Of a stretch of 64,000 nt of DNA, positions 1 through 8,720 are shown piece by piece. Position numbers and translations under genes: made by a program. Positions within the stretch are counted from its first letter, which is position 1; each line of letters begins with the position of its first letter. The notes under the pieces were generated by a model that did not search any database, had not been told where the DNA came from, and saw nothing but the letters and a program-made list of their open reading frames with translations. Origin of the DNA: Escherichia phage EJP2; the sequence record OQ411014.1. One strand, given 5' to 3'.

Positions 1-10
1 TGATTCTTAC

Positions 11-517
11 ATGGCTAAAGCAATGGCTAAATCACAGCGTTATAACAACATGCTGAATGGTCGTAAAGCTCCTTACGGTCAGAACCACCCACACAGCCAC
101 TACGTTGGTATGGTTGCTGAACACGCTACTTTAGTACTGATGGAAGAAATCGAACAGCTTCTGAACATTGATATGAAAATCGATGCAGTGTTCCTGGACG
201 ACAAGCGTGACAAAGAATGTGATATCGTTGTGAATGGTCTGCGTATTGAAGTAAAATGCATCAAGTACGGTTCATGGGTAAAATTCGGCCCTTGCATTAC
301 TGCCGCTCAACGTAAGAACATTGAACGCAAAGCTGATGTAGTACTGTGGGCTGTATACAACGAACGTAAACAATCCTTTACGTTTGAAGGTTTCAACCGT
401 GTAGAAGACATTGCTAACATCCCAACTGAAATGACTGGTGTCCAAGGTCGTGAGAAGATCGAAAACCATCCAGTAATGAGTATCATCAAACCTTTACAGG
501 AGATGCAATTTTGCTAA
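11..517 (+). CDS. hypothetical protein; start may lie upstream of window
   Basis: 168-aa ORF; high-expression-type codon choice (cgt/ctg/ggt); weak D-x8-E-x-K nuclease-like motif (CDIVVNGLRIEVK), unverified. Confidence 0.55.
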   Translation: MAKAMAKSQRYNNMLNGRKAPYGQNHPHSHYVGMVAEHATLVLMEEIEQLLNIDMKIDAVFLDDKRDKECDIVVNGLRIEVKCIKYGSWVKFGPCITAAQRKNIERKADVVLWAVYNERKQSFTFEGFNRVEDIANIPTEMTGVQGREKIENHPVMSIIKPLQEMQFC

Positions 518-720
518 AATATTTCTTACACTTCGAAGATGATGATGAGTTTATTGTGGTACGTGAATTTACATTACCACATAAACCACAGAAAGGTGAT
601 TTCATTACAATTGGAACTGAATACCATTCAGTACAATATGTAGTTCAAGAAGTCGATACGTTCCTTGATATTGAAAGTGCAGCGTATAGTGTGAATGTTC
701 ATTTGGAAAAACGAAAATAA
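511..720 (+). CDS. hypothetical small protein
   Basis: 69-aa ORF; start overlaps end of upstream ORF. Confidence 0.45.
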   Translation: MLKYFLHFEDDDEFIVVREFTLPHKPQKGDFITIGTEYHSVQYVVQEVDTFLDIESAAYSVNVHLEKRK

Positions 721-1067
721 TGAAAATTGTATCAGTACTGGCTGGGTTGATTTTATGTAGTACTCAAGTATTGGCTAGTACAGTCGATACTGATGTGAAT
801 TATAAGAAAGAGTACAAGACTGGTATTGCATCTGACCCATCATATTGTATTGGTTATGCGGATGCAAAGATGTTCCAGACAGGGAATCAGCAGTACTACG
901 AATGGATGAAACAATGGTACGAGGATCAAACTAGTAATACTGATTTGGTCATGAAGCCATTCAATCATCGTTCGTACGTTAACGGTACTGAAATGAATAA
1001 TAACGATTTGACCGTTGAATGTGTAATGGAATTTGATTTCATTATCACTGACGAGGTACAACAGTGA
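720..1067 (+). CDS. putative secreted protein
   Basis: 115 aa; N-terminal signal-like segment MKIVSVLAGLILCSTQVLA; ATGA overlap with upstream stop. Confidence 0.6.
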   Translation: MKIVSVLAGLILCSTQVLASTVDTDVNYKKEYKTGIASDPSYCIGYADAKMFQTGNQQYYEWMKQWYEDQTSNTDLVMKPFNHRSYVNGTEMNNNDLTVECVMEFDFIITDEVQQ

Positions 1068-1073
1068 GGCTCT

Positions 1074-1538
1074 ATGAGTGTATTTGATTTGGTATCTAGT
1101 ATTTCGTGGATTGAAGTAATAATCTTTATTGTACTTAGTGCAGTACTGTTCATGTTCATGTTCAACGATGATTACACGTACTGTAAAAAGATTCATAAAG
1201 CATGTGCAGAACCAGTATGGAAATCATTTTGGTATATGCAGTTCATCCCGAATAAGTTCATACGACCGTTTGAAAGCTGGTGTGATGTTTCAACCAGAAC
1301 AGTCCCCACGATTGAAACGATTTTATCTCTCTATGAAGATAATCGAGATTCGTTGATTATCAAACTTATACCTACATTAGATGATGATACAATCGAATTC
1401 ATATGCAAGAGATTACCATCCGTATCAATTAGGGTTAGTAACAAAATGGTTGTGAACTACAGGACTGAGCATGTGATTCCACCACGAGTTCTTGTGGGTT
1501 TGTTGAATATGTACGAAATAGAACGAAAGAAAATCTAG
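1074..1538 (+). CDS. hypothetical membrane-anchored protein
   Basis: 154 aa; single N-terminal hydrophobic helix. Confidence 0.55.
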   Translation: MSVFDLVSSISWIEVIIFIVLSAVLFMFMFNDDYTYCKKIHKACAEPVWKSFWYMQFIPNKFIRPFESWCDVSTRTVPTIETILSLYEDNRDSLIIKLIPTLDDDTIEFICKRLPSVSIRVSNKMVVNYRTEHVIPPRVLVGLLNMYEIERKKI

Positions 1539-1595
1539 ACATATACTTTGAGTGTGTTATAATACAGTCATCAAATAACAAGAAGAGAGGTTTAT

Positions 1596-2045
1596 ATGAA
1601 CGTACTAGGAACGAAGTTCAGTACTGCAATGGGTGCACGTAATGGTTGGTTTACTATCAATGAAGTACTGGACGATACTTTCAAACATTACACGTTCAAT
1701 CAGTGCCTAAAACTCAAAGTAACTCCAGAAACTAAAGATGACATGAACTTCATCGAGTGGGTTATGTATTGGGAAGGTTCACCCGTTGCAGTGCATTTAC
1801 ACGTTCTAACTACAGTATTGAGTACTGGTTATGTGAAAGCAACTGTCATCTCTAAGCGTCATGTATTCACTGATGAAATTGGTGAATTCCCAGGTAAACA
1901 AGCAATCATTGATGGTTACATGATTGATGGGAAATTCATGGATAAGAAGGGTGCAGAGGCATATCATACTCGTAAGCTAATGAACGGGAACTTCCGTCCA
2001 GCAGCTAAGATCCCTGATGCAGTCATTCAACCTAAACGTAAGTAA
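1596..2045 (+). CDS. hypothetical protein
   Basis: 149 aa; RBS gagagg upstream of ATG. Confidence 0.6.
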   Translation: MNVLGTKFSTAMGARNGWFTINEVLDDTFKHYTFNQCLKLKVTPETKDDMNFIEWVMYWEGSPVAVHLHVLTTVLSTGYVKATVISKRHVFTDEIGEFPGKQAIIDGYMIDGKFMDKKGAEAYHTRKLMNGNFRPAAKIPDAVIQPKRK

Positions 2046-2094
2046 TGTAGTCCCTCCTTAACTGGGGGGATTTAAACACATAAGGACAAAATAA

Positions 2095-2520
2095 ATGTTC
2101 AAATATTGTTTCCGTACGTATGTAGTACTGTTCTTAGTACCAGCACTGTACTTGATTACTGCACAACTTAGTAAAATCTTCGAAAGTCTTAGCTTTTTGA
2201 ATTTTACTGCACCAGAACAGTACAAAATTCTATTGACAATAATGTACGTTTTTTCTTTCATATTGTCAGTACTGATCATTTTCAATTCAGGATGTGACTA
2301 CCGAGAGTTTCATATTTTCAGAAACTTCAAGAACGTAACGTACTCAAAGTTCTGGAGTTATATACTCGCAGTCCCTGTTGTATTGAATTTCCATATTGAG
2401 GGCTTCTCGTTCACAACTTTTATGCTCTTCATTGAACCAATTGCAATCTATATGTACATCCATCAACATAACCGATTCGTATTGAGTCATAATCTAGTCC
2501 ACGTAGAGGAACAACCATGA
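2095..2520 (+). CDS. hypothetical integral membrane protein
   Basis: 141 aa; several hydrophobic helices. Confidence 0.55.
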   Translation: MFKYCFRTYVVLFLVPALYLITAQLSKIFESLSFLNFTAPEQYKILLTIMYVFSFILSVLIIFNSGCDYREFHIFRNFKNVTYSKFWSYILAVPVVLNFHIEGFSFTTFMLFIEPIAIYMYIHQHNRFVLSHNLVHVEEQP

Positions 2521-3014
2521 ATACGTATATCAGTGGGTTTTACAAGTACTACCTATCGTTCATAACTATATTTGCTATTCTGTTATTGAATGAAACAGAA
2601 CAATTTGGATCAAAATTCCTATCAGAAGGACTAGGAATCTTCCTTCAGGTTATCTTTGCACTGATGGCTGCTATATCAATGCCAGTACTGATCTATGGTA
2701 TTCATCTTGTTGCGAGCGATGACCAGGATAGTAAGGACTCGTGTATCCGTGAGTACTGCCAAGCAGCAAAATACAGTACTATAAGTTCTATGATACCGTT
2801 TAGTCTAATTATTGTGTCCATCGCTATGTTCCAATGGAATCTGTGGTTCTTGGGTACGTTTGGATTTATTATGGGTTGTAGTATGTACGTGTATACTAAA
2901 GTACTATACAGAGGTGAGAAACTATTCACTGAAATGGAAGCCCGTAAAGGAACCAAAGCACCAGTTCAACGAGAAGAGCGAGATTATTTCGCACCAGACG
3001 ATGAGTTACCTTGA
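2517..3014 (+). CDS. hypothetical integral membrane protein
   Basis: 165 aa; about four hydrophobic segments; 4-nt overlap with upstream gene. Confidence 0.55.
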   Translation: MNTYISGFYKYYLSFITIFAILLLNETEQFGSKFLSEGLGIFLQVIFALMAAISMPVLIYGIHLVASDDQDSKDSCIREYCQAAKYSTISSMIPFSLIIVSIAMFQWNLWFLGTFGFIMGCSMYVYTKVLYRGEKLFTEMEARKGTKAPVQREERDYFAPDDELP

Positions 3015-3074
3015 CACGTACCTGAAGAGTAGCTATAATACTTTCATTGAAGCGAAACTAACAAAGGAAACATA

Positions 3075-3329
3075 ATGGATACCGTACAGATTGAATCTTT
3101 GACTTCACTTGTTCTTGATAATGTAAAAGCTGAAGAAGAAATTTCAGTACAAATCAAAGCAGAGTATCAGTGCATTACTGAAAAGCTCCAAGATGCGAAG
3201 TACACTGTAACGAAAGAAATTGAAGAGCATTATAAGAACATTGAACGTCTGTTCCGTGTCAAGCAAGAACACATTGTTCGTCAGAATAACGCTAAGACTG
3301 CAATCAATAAACTTCTGGGAATCGCATAA
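3075..3329 (+). CDS. hypothetical protein
   Basis: 84 aa; RBS aaggaaa. Confidence 0.55.
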   Translation: MDTVQIESLTSLVLDNVKAEEEISVQIKAEYQCITEKLQDAKYTVTKEIEEHYKNIERLFRVKQEHIVRQNNAKTAINKLLGIA

Positions 3330-3808
3330 TGAAAAACGTACAACAATACATTCAGAACTTCACCGCATATCCAGTATCAGTAATGTTCGGACATATCGAT
3401 ACACCTACTCCTAAGCAGAAGAAAGCGGAGAAACGTGTAGCAGAAATCTGTGAAGAACTGTATCGTTTTGATTGTACAGTACTATCAGATGTGCGAGCAG
3501 CATTCCGCGAGTTAGATGTTCTTATCTCCTTGAGTGATGATAAGTTCCGCATCAAGCAAGTGCGTCTAACTCGTATGACTGGTCGTTTGGCATATTTTGT
3601 TGACAAAGCGGTTGTAATGCTCGATAATATGCACAAGAAAGACCAGCAACTTCAGCAGTACTGGCAACCGCTGTCAATGAAAGCTAAAGTACTGAAGGAT
3701 GAAATCAAATCATTCCTTATCCAGTACGATACTTCAGTTGATAAGATTGTATTACTGTCTGAATTTGACAATGCATACAAAGAAGCCCAAGAGGAAGATA
3801 AGAAATGA
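3329..3808 (+). CDS. hypothetical protein
   Basis: 159 aa; TAATG-type coupling with upstream gene. Confidence 0.6.
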   Translation: MKNVQQYIQNFTAYPVSVMFGHIDTPTPKQKKAEKRVAEICEELYRFDCTVLSDVRAAFRELDVLISLSDDKFRIKQVRLTRMTGRLAYFVDKAVVMLDNMHKKDQQLQQYWQPLSMKAKVLKDEIKSFLIQYDTSVDKIVLLSEFDNAYKEAQEEDKK

Positions 3809-4305
3809 CAACTGTTTTCGTGAGTAAAGAATTAGGAATTGCTATTACTGACTCACGAGCCACGTTTCAAGAGTCCAGGAAGTTTCTTGGGCTTTTTAAC
3901 TTGACTCCATTACCATCGTATAAAGTTGTGAATCAAAAGGCTTTGTATGTTCATGACCGTTTATTCTTAGCATGTGGAAGTGTAGATACTATTGATAAAG
4001 TATTGCAATATTTCATCGACGGTACTAAGTTCAAGATAAACAAGAAAACTCCAAGCTGTGAGTGTCTTCTTCTTGGTAAAGAATACGGTGTACACTTGTA
4101 CGTGTGGAATGGTAAGATTCATAAGAAGACTATCTTCTTGGCGTATAATTTTGTACACTTCATGGGGTCTGGTAGTTCTGCCCTACTCAGAAAGTACTAC
4201 AAGACTTTAGAACGTAATACACCAGATGAAGTTATTGATATTTTCAAGACTGTACATTTGGATGATAGCTTCACTGACGATAACGTAAATTTATACAGAA
4301 TCTAG
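3805..4305 (+). CDS. hypothetical protein
   Basis: 166 aa; ATGA overlap with upstream gene. Confidence 0.6.
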   Translation: MTTVFVSKELGIAITDSRATFQESRKFLGLFNLTPLPSYKVVNQKALYVHDRLFLACGSVDTIDKVLQYFIDGTKFKINKKTPSCECLLLGKEYGVHLYVWNGKIHKKTIFLAYNFVHFMGSGSSALLRKYYKTLERNTPDEVIDIFKTVHLDDSFTDDNVNLYRI

Positions 4306-4334
4306 TTGACAGTCTAAAAGAGATATCATATAAT
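4306..4334 (+). promoter_or_regulatory. sigma70-type promoter
   Basis: TTGACA-N17-TATAAT (ttgacagtctaaaagagatatcatataat). Confidence 0.65.
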
Positions 4335-4364
4335 CATTGCATACCACAACGAGAGAGAAACAAA

Positions 4365-4511
4365 ATGAGTACATTCATCGTAGAATATGTTCTGACTGGT
4401 CAAAGCATCTGGCAGGTACAAATGGTAAAAGCATGTAATAAAGAGCAAGCCCAGAGCACGCTCAAGAAAATGATTTCTGGTGTAGTAACCACCAAAGCAT
4501 ACCCAGCATAA
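4365..4511 (+). CDS. hypothetical small protein (48 aa), below ORF-track cutoff
   Basis: ATG with RBS gagagag upstream, flanked by promoter 4306-4334 and terminator 4526-4554; preferred over the antisense 4326-4562 ORF. Confidence 0.4.
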   Translation: MSTFIVEYVLTGQSIWQVQMVKACNKEQAQSTLKKMISGVVTTKAYPA

Positions 4512-4525
4512 TTTAGAGCTATAAT

Positions 4526-4554
4526 GAATCCGCTCTGTGCGGATTCTTTTTTTT
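4526..4554 (+). terminator. rho-independent terminator
   Basis: hairpin gaatccgc-tctgt-gcggattc followed by T8. Confidence 0.7.
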
Positions 4555-4573
4555 AATATCAAAGGAGAAAGTA

Positions 4574-5566
4574 ATGACTGTAAAACAACTCAATCTAGAA
4601 TCTATTCAAGACGATATCATGGATGAATGTTTTGTAAATGAAAACAATACGTTCGAGCGTATTAGTGAACAGTCACATGACAGTACTGAAGAAGTAGAAG
4701 AAAGTACTGATGACGTAGGTTCTTTCAAGACTTACAACACATCTAGCGTTTTACCAGAAGGTGAGACGAATGAATCTATTATTCGTTTAATCCGTGACGG
4801 TATCAATGTGAAGCGTAACATTGACCTTATCGTACGTAACAACGTAGGCTTAGTATATAGCCAAGCACGTCAGTGTACTTGTAATATCCCATTCCAAGAT
4901 AAAGCACAGTACGCTTTTGAAGGTCTAATGCGTGCAATCCATCGTTATGATGTGAATCAGAATATTCTTTTCAGTACTTACGCTACTGTGTCTATTCGCC
5001 AAACACTCTATAACTTTGGTAATGATGAAGTTCGTCTAATCAGTATTCCACGTCACTTGTCAGTGGATAACATCAAGATTCAGAACTACATTGAGAAGCA
5101 TCGTTCTAAGTTCGGTCGTACCCCAAGTGAAGATGAAATCAGTACTGCTACTGGCATCAAGTTATCCGCAGTGAAACGTGTAGTGCAGTACATGAACAGT
5201 AAGCCAATGAGTTTCGATACTCCAATGGGTTCTGACAGTACTGAAAACGATATGAGCTTAGTGGATGTAATCCCAGGAACTTCCAATGATTACACACTAA
5301 GTGCAGATACAGTTCAGAAAGCACCACTAGATGTAATTGCATTGGTCATGTCTGAACTACCAGAAGAAGAGCAGTTGCTGATCAATAAGATTCACGGCTT
5401 GAATGGACATGAAGAAAGTACTTTTATTGCTCTAGAGACTGCTGGATTGGTAGATGCGAAGGGTAAGAAGCTAACTAACCGTTGCACTATTCATCGTCGT
5501 TACAATGCAATACTGGATAAGATTCGTAATATTCTAAAAGCACGTGACATTTCATTCGATGACTGA
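4574..5566 (+). CDS. sigma-70 family RNA polymerase sigma factor (phage-encoded)
   Basis: 330 aa; region-2-like FSTYATVSIRQTLYNF (compare FSTYATWWIRQ of sigma70) and a C-terminal HTH-like region-4 segment; acidic N-terminus. Confidence 0.65.
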   Translation: MTVKQLNLESIQDDIMDECFVNENNTFERISEQSHDSTEEVEESTDDVGSFKTYNTSSVLPEGETNESIIRLIRDGINVKRNIDLIVRNNVGLVYSQARQCTCNIPFQDKAQYAFEGLMRAIHRYDVNQNILFSTYATVSIRQTLYNFGNDEVRLISIPRHLSVDNIKIQNYIEKHRSKFGRTPSEDEISTATGIKLSAVKRVVQYMNSKPMSFDTPMGSDSTENDMSLVDVIPGTSNDYTLSADTVQKAPLDVIALVMSELPEEEQLLINKIHGLNGHEESTFIALETAGLVDAKGKKLTNRCTIHRRYNAILDKIRNILKARDISFDD

Positions 5567-5726
5567 TATGATTCGTTACAAGGCAAACAAAGTACAAGGA
5601 ACTGCTGTTGTAGTTTTCTTGTACTGGACTGAGAATCCGGTCTATGTTCTGGCAGAGAACAGTACTGTATCGCTGTCGGAGTTCATTGATATAGCAATTG
5701 AAGAATTCAAATCATTAGAGGAATAA
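5544..5726 (+). CDS. hypothetical small protein
   Basis: 60-aa ORF overlapping 3' end of sigma gene; start uncertain (internal ATG at 5568). Confidence 0.35.
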   Translation: MTFHSMTDMIRYKANKVQGTAVVVFLYWTENPVYVLAENSTVSLSEFIDIAIEEFKSLEE

Positions 5727-5730
5727 TACT

Positions 5731-6102
5731 ATGTTGCACAAAGTTGAAGGTTCAAAGCACAATTGGATTGACGAATACGATATCTATGTTGGGTATGATA
5801 CTTCCCCGTGTTGTTGTGAATATGCGGATTACTTCTTGAGTTATGAGATTGAGAGGAATGGAGTACCAGACGAAGAACTAATTGATAAAAGTACTTTCAA
5901 ATGGGAAGAATACGACTTCTATCCATTCGCATCTGCACTGATCGAAAACGTCCCAGGACTTGATGAAGGTGCTATTGCGATGTTCCCAATGATCCACAAA
6001 ACGACTTCCCGTATGGTGTACTTGCACTTGTTTAACGCTCACAATGGTTATTACAGCCACGGGTTCGAAAGCAATACATTCATTGGTAACGGTTCTTTAT
6101 AA
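5731..6102 (+). CDS. hypothetical protein
   Basis: 123 aa; RBS aggaa upstream. Confidence 0.6.
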   Translation: MLHKVEGSKHNWIDEYDIYVGYDTSPCCCEYADYFLSYEIERNGVPDEELIDKSTFKWEEYDFYPFASALIENVPGLDEGAIAMFPMIHKTTSRMVYLHLFNAHNGYYSHGFESNTFIGNGSL

Positions 6103-6111
6103 GGAATTTTT

Positions 6112-6285
6112 GTGAAAACTAAAAACTCAAAATCTTTAGGTACATATGTGAATGGTAATCGCTATGCGAAAATCAGTACATGTATTGATTGCAGTACTGG
6201 AAATACTTTATACTATTACTGTATTCCTGGTGAGCGGGTGTATATCAGTTCAGAAGAATTCAAGAATGAATGGGTAAAAAACTAA
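6112..6285 (+). CDS. hypothetical Cys-rich small protein (57 aa), GTG start
   Basis: GTG 9 nt after RBS aaggaa; CxxC...C pattern (STCIDCSTG...YYCIPG); not in ORF track. Confidence 0.35.
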   Translation: MKTKNSKSLGTYVNGNRYAKISTCIDCSTGNTLYYYCIPGERVYISSEEFKNEWVKN

Positions 6286-6290
6286 AACAA

Positions 6291-6320
6291 AATGCTTGAC
6301 TTCGGTCGAGCATTCTTTTA
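6291..6320 (+). terminator. rho-independent terminator
   Basis: hairpin aatgcttgac-ttcg-gtcgagcatt followed by T-rich run. Confidence 0.55.
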
Positions 6321-6364
6321 ATATAATTGCATCAACTACACTACTACACTTGAGGATAACAATC

Positions 6365-6805
6365 ATGGCTTGGATTCACAGCAATCATTCTGAACTGAAC
6401 AATTTCGATATCTTTGCATTCGTGAACATGCAAGAGAAGATCTTCATCAAAGGACGTCTCTGCACGCTCTCTGACGGCTCACGGGCCATCTGTAACATGA
6501 ACAACAAGGGTGAAGTACTGGATATCGTTGCTCTTCCTGCGTGGGCTACTGTGCAGCCTGAAGAGGCACTTATGCGTCTACTCTTTGAAGAGATTGGTAA
6601 ACTTCCAGGTACTGATGTGGAGAACAAACTCTTCAACATCAAACACTCCAAGTACAGTGCTGACCAATTATCTGGTTTAACTGATACAGTACTGAAAGAA
6701 GTTGTAAGTAATCAATGTAACGTAATTCTTAAGTACGTTCCTGAACTGGAACTGACTGAAGAAATGCTAGTGGAATTTGACATCAACGCTAAGGGTTCTC
6801 TATGA
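6365..6805 (+). CDS. hypothetical protein
   Basis: track ORF 6296-6805 begins at a TTG inside the terminator; first ATG with RBS gaggataa is at 6365 (146 aa). Confidence 0.55.
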   Translation: MAWIHSNHSELNNFDIFAFVNMQEKIFIKGRLCTLSDGSRAICNMNNKGEVLDIVALPAWATVQPEEALMRLLFEEIGKLPGTDVENKLFNIKHSKYSADQLSGLTDTVLKEVVSNQCNVILKYVPELELTEEMLVEFDINAKGSL

Positions 6806-7164
6806 GACTAATCCTGTTACTGATTTTGTTAGTAACTGCACAGACGATACCATCTGATTCATATATCGATATAAATCCAGCACGTGAGTTCATTATTTGT
6901 ACAGACAGAGTAGACAGTACTAAAAAGATTGAAGTCCTCTTCGATTCAAGTACTCCAGAATATGTAGTGACGAACAAAGTACAGTACAAATTCATTTCTC
7001 ACGAAGTTATTGGGGATGTAGATGTACTTCAATATAAGTTCGGTTCAAAGACTATGAATTTTGAATTTATTATGCAAGGTGATAAAGTATCTTCTATTCG
7101 ATTGGAAGTACTTGGTGCTATCCCTGGTATGGAATTCATGGATGGGGAGTGTAAACTGCTATGA
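6802..7164 (+). CDS. putative secreted protein
   Basis: 120 aa; N-terminal hydrophobic segment MRLILLLILLVTAQT. Confidence 0.55.
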   Translation: MRLILLLILLVTAQTIPSDSYIDINPAREFIICTDRVDSTKKIEVLFDSSTPEYVVTNKVQYKFISHEVIGDVDVLQYKFGSKTMNFEFIMQGDKVSSIRLEVLGAIPGMEFMDGECKLL

Positions 7165-7505
7165 TTTCAGTACTGAATAGTATTAGTATTGTTGTTATGA
7201 TTTTAGCCTGTACCTACGCTATCCTAGCTGGGGTGCTCATCTTCTACAAGAAGACTAAGTTCTTGGGGTGGTTACAGATAAGTAAAACTGGCTATTGTTT
7301 TGTGTACGGAATAAGTGCCTTTTGTATATACAGGGATTTATTTTTAGGAGTACTTCCTCCTGATTTCAATGGGTACAACTTTAGTGCAGTGTTCTTATTG
7401 TTTTATATTGTACTTATTGTGCTTGGTCTTTGTATACCGTATGTACTTATAGTTGGTGTTTCAAAGGTACTTGAGTACCGTAAACGTATTCCTGATGAGG
7501 ATTGA
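7161..7505 (+). CDS. hypothetical integral membrane protein
   Basis: 114 aa; three hydrophobic helices. Confidence 0.55.
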   Translation: MISVLNSISIVVMILACTYAILAGVLIFYKKTKFLGWLQISKTGYCFVYGISAFCIYRDLFLGVLPPDFNGYNFSAVFLLFYIVLIVLGLCIPYVLIVGVSKVLEYRKRIPDED

Positions 7506-7508
7506 TAA

Positions 7509-7838
7509 ATGAAGATGGAAGACTTAGTAGAACTATTACAGCCGTACGCTACAGTACTATTTTTGATTGCTTCAATGTATACTGTTGTAACTCTAGTACT
7601 TGGATTCTTCAAGTATCGAACACTAGCTAAACGCTTAGACGAGAACTTATGGCTCTCTGTTCCTAGTATCTTTAGTGTAGCTATTAGTATTGCAAACTAT
7701 TTTATTGAAGATCGTATGTTCGCTGCTATTATGTTATTATTTGTTTTGGTTGGGGTAACATTTGTAGGTACTATCTATGCAATGTGTAAAGGATTTGTGT
7801 ACGTTCGTTCCAAGATACCAGATCCAGAACAAGAATAA
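7509..7838 (+). CDS. hypothetical integral membrane protein
   Basis: 109 aa; three hydrophobic helices. Confidence 0.55.
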   Translation: MKMEDLVELLQPYATVLFLIASMYTVVTLVLGFFKYRTLAKRLDENLWLSVPSIFSVAISIANYFIEDRMFAAIMLLFVLVGVTFVGTIYAMCKGFVYVRSKIPDPEQE

Positions 7839-7846
7839 TTCTAATT

Positions 7847-7876
7847 AATGCTCACTTCGGTGAGCATTTTTTTTAT
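7847..7876 (+). terminator. rho-independent terminator
   Basis: hairpin aatgctcac-ttcg-gtgagcatt followed by T8. Confidence 0.7.
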
Positions 7877-7880
7877 TTTG

Positions 7881-7889
7881 TGATATAAT
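7881..7889 (+). promoter_or_regulatory. extended -10 promoter candidate
   Basis: TG-a-TATAAT immediately after the terminator; a second TATAAT lies 6 nt downstream. Confidence 0.4.
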
Positions 7890-8469
7890 TAAGCTATAAT
7901 CTCGATTAACCATTATGGTATAAAGAAACCTAATCCACTCGAAAATGTAGAGGGTAGATGAGTTGAGTAATCGCAACGAAGTGCAAATGAAACCCGTTAG
8001 GTGAAGGCATAGTTAGTACCTCCCACGGCGACGCGGCACTATAAATGAGCATGGTAAGATGATATTGCTCACTCGATAGACGTATAGGATGAACACCTAC
8101 CAAATATCTAAGGGAGTTCATCAAAAAGGCTGGCTATAGATCCGTCCAGAATTTGATGAACACAGTACTGAATTGACTGTATAGTTCAGTACTGAAGTGT
8201 AGTAAGACTACGACCGTTGCAGAACAGAGATAGGGAGAAACAGGGCAACCCGCTTCCGTATCGTAAGATAATTCTCTATACAGTACTCCGATGCTATCAG
8301 CGTCAGATTGTCGTCCCTCCCTTGTGGGGGGATGAAATTTCCTCAACAAATCTCGTCAGGATTGATTCAGTACTATTGATATTAAATGAATATTCAGTTA
8401 TGATACGAAGTATCTAACGAATACCAGACTTCTCATAAGAGAAGGATGTGATGACCCAAAGGAGATATA
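7890..8469 (+). other. ~580-bp untranslated region with GC-rich inverted repeats (candidate structured ncRNA)
   Basis: no convincing ORF on either strand; local stems (gttcatcaaa...tttgatgaac; cagtactgaa-N12-ttcagtactg; ccctccc-ttgt-gggggg). Confidence 0.3.
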
Positions 8470-8718
8470 ATGAAGATTTTCAAATTTATTGCTGCTTCAG
8501 TACTAGCACTTTCCCTAAGTGCGTGTGATCGCGTAACAGAAGAACGTTCGCATGAGTTCGCACTTCCTTCTGAGTTAGTTCAAGCAGGATGTAAGATTTA
8601 TCGTATGCGAGCTGAAAGTGGTGTAACTCTATATGCTTTGTATTGTCCTAATTCCACAACCACAACAAGCTACACCAGTGGTAAACAAACTCATCATGTC
8701 ACTACGTACAGTAACTAA
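8470..8718 (+). CDS. putative lipoprotein
   Basis: 82 aa; signal peptide with lipobox LSLSAC; RBS aaggag. Confidence 0.6.
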   Translation: MKIFKFIAASVLALSLSACDRVTEERSHEFALPSELVQAGCKIYRMRAESGVTLYALYCPNSTTTTSYTSGKQTHHVTTYSN

Positions 8719-8720
8719 CT

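Noticed and set aside
100-489. Minus-strand ORFs 100-297, 272-469 and 307-489 (and similar antisense ORFs such as 840-1196, 965-1165, 2702-2956, 3352-3636, 5086-5342, 6385-6651)
   Set aside because: They lie entirely inside longer plus-strand ORFs with better RBS and operon context, and have no start signals of their own; treated as antisense frame artefacts.
4326-4562. 78-aa minus-strand ORF
   Set aside because: The same interval holds a plus-strand promoter (TTGACA-N17-TATAAT), a 48-aa plus-strand ORF with RBS, and a plus-strand intrinsic terminator, so the plus-strand reading is favoured.
6296-6364. Upstream extensions of ORFs into terminator hairpins (6296, 25621, 27754, and 22802, 25104)
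   Set aside because: The ORF track begins at TTG/GTG codons that are part of the GGTTGAC terminator stem or lack an RBS; the first ATG with a Shine-Dalgarno sequence was used instead.
7877-8469. Group I intron
   Set aside because: No interrupted gene flanks it, and I could not identify the conserved P/Q/R/S core elements by eye; left as an unclassified structured region.
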